Source of the DNA: Rhynchobatus australiae
Taxonomy: Eukaryota
Direction: 5' to 3'
Assembly (NCBI GenBank): GCA_034780895.1
Contig: JAUZTB010000074.1
Location: 13,047,631-13,111,630 of the forward strand
DNA length: 64,000 nucleotides
The position numbers and the translations under genes were made by a program. Under the pieces are notes generated by a model. It was not told the DNA's origin. It searched no databases and saw only the letters and a program-made list of their open reading frames with translations. Positions 62,620 to 64,000 of this stretch are shown piece by piece; within the stretch, counting starts at the first letter, position 1; every line of letters begins with the position of its first letter.

Positions 62620-62810
62620 AAAATCTGGCAGGCAATGGAAATCTGAAACAAATACAGGTTTTTTCAGGGCAGGTGTGGCAACATCTGTGGAGATGCAATA
62701 GGTTTAACTTTCAAGTTGGTATAGTTCTTTCCATACTTAAAAAAATTAATTTGTTTCGTCTCTCCACTGCTGTGTATTTCTAGTACAGTTTATGTTGTGT
62801 TTTATTCCCA
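62620..62810. mobile_element. Very decayed inverted pLTR pair
   Basis: ggaaatctgaaacaaatacag...ggcaacatctgtggaga, then gtctctccactgctg...tatttctag. Confidence 0.45.
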
Positions 62811-63689
62811 ACTTATTCTGACACATTTCAGAAAAAGTGCTTAACCAAAAGGTTTTTCATATCATCAGCTGGGAATAAAACTGCATCCACAGATTCATGT
62901 TTATTTCTGTGGCTCTGTACAGACATGGAAATGTTTCTCACAAGGTACTTTAAGTGTCATTACATTTACATTAATGTATTCTGATGACCGGATTGGTGCT
63001 TATTTGATGCAAAAGGTAAAAACCCCTCAGATAATCAATAACTTACTCCATAACATTTATTATTTAAAACCAAATCTTGAAGAAAATGTAAAAGATCATG
63101 GGATGCAAATTCTTCCTCTACTCCTTCACAGAATGCATAATGTAGCAGTGGATGGTTCTGAAAATTGGTTTTACTGACTGCAAAGGACAGAATTTTGGAA
63201 GCAAAGGAAAATGGTTTGATAGCTTGTTTAATACTGCAGACTGAGGGCAATTTTCTAAGTAGATATGAGTGAAGGGAAGAAACTGGAGGATGAATATCTT
63301 GATTTTGTAGCACAGGTTTTAATTTATTCTTAAAACAAATCAAAAACAGCTGAGGGTGACCATTTAAATCCATCGCCTCAAATCTTCCTAATCAATAAAA
63401 ACACTCAGTGGCTATAACTCAAGACAAATAAGGTTCTTCACTTTTCTGCAAGGGATCAAATTGGACATTTGAAGCAGGCTTGGTGTGTTTTCTTTAGATT
63501 CAGTGCTTGGGCATGTTAGACTAATAGGGCAGAGCAAACAGAGGAAAATTAGCTCAGGAGGATATCCCAGAAGTTCCGTCCAGTTAGATTTACTTGCGTT
63601 GAACATAGAACTATTATGAATTGAATTGTCATATCATTTCATGTTGCATTTCGCTCTATAGTTTAAACTAAAGAAGCAAATATTTAATG

Positions 63690-63900
63690 CTAACATTCTA
63701 CTGCAGTACCAAGGAATGCTGGACACTTAGAGCTGCCATCCTTTGGTGAAGGAACCATCTTAGGTTGCATCTCCTTCTCTAGGTGGCGAATGAATATTCC
63801 ATGCCACCAGTTGAGGAAAAAGGAGCTTTCTAGGAGCCAGAGTCAAATTTCCTTTATTGGGTCACTGTGTAAGCTTTGCTCAATTTGCCTGCATAACATG
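63690..63900 (+). mobile_element. Degraded Deu-SINE
   Basis: tgcagtaccaaggaatgctg...agagctgccatcctttggtga...ggtgg...attccatgccac...gaggaaaaaggag. Confidence 0.6.
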
Positions 63901-64000
63901 CTCTACGCTACACATAGCAACTAAAACTAAAGATGCAAAATAAATAGATAAATTAAAGTCTTGCTTGCTCAATGTAATACAATTTCTGCTTAAATGGTTA

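Noticed and set aside
1-64000. CRISPR arrays, operons or prokaryotic defence systems; known miRNA, snRNA or rRNA genes
   Set aside because: The sequence is vertebrate-type repeat-rich DNA with no regularly spaced repeat-spacer array, and I recognised no mature miRNA or structural RNA by eye. An Infernal/Rfam scan would be needed to exclude them.

Overview
Eukaryotic, AT-rich, gapped draft-assembly DNA with no host protein-coding gene I can recognise; it reads as intergenic or deep-intronic. The repeat set points to a cartilaginous fish (shark/ray; inference from remembered consensus sequences). It includes HE1-like V-SINEs, SacSINE1-like Deu-SINEs, an LF-SINE-like relic, many CR1 fragments, L2, Rex1/Babar, RTE, a Gypsy relic and Penelope-like elements. 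Every ORF I can assign is a decayed transposon fragment. The most interesting structure is a Penelope-like element (PLE) system. A decayed Neptune-type PLE RT (~29540-31870) ends in a pLTR carrying a minimal type I hammerhead ribozyme (HHR) motif. The same ~130-nt HHR-bearing pLTR recurs about 9 more times with no ORF, as solo copies or head-to-head palindromes, and three of these insertions have their own 11-14 bp target-site duplications (TSDs). The copy at 236-364 (-) keeps an intact catalytic core with the palindromic ACGU helix III expected of dimer-cleaving PLE hammerheads. A second subfamily shares a CUGAUGC core variant. Other points: a V-SINE with a Rex/Babar-like tail, a CR1 ORF1 nested in the PLE, a 465-bp templated duplication, candidate minus-strand exons, and 100-N gaps flanked by direct repeats. 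Family names are from memory, not database searches, and boundaries are approximate.
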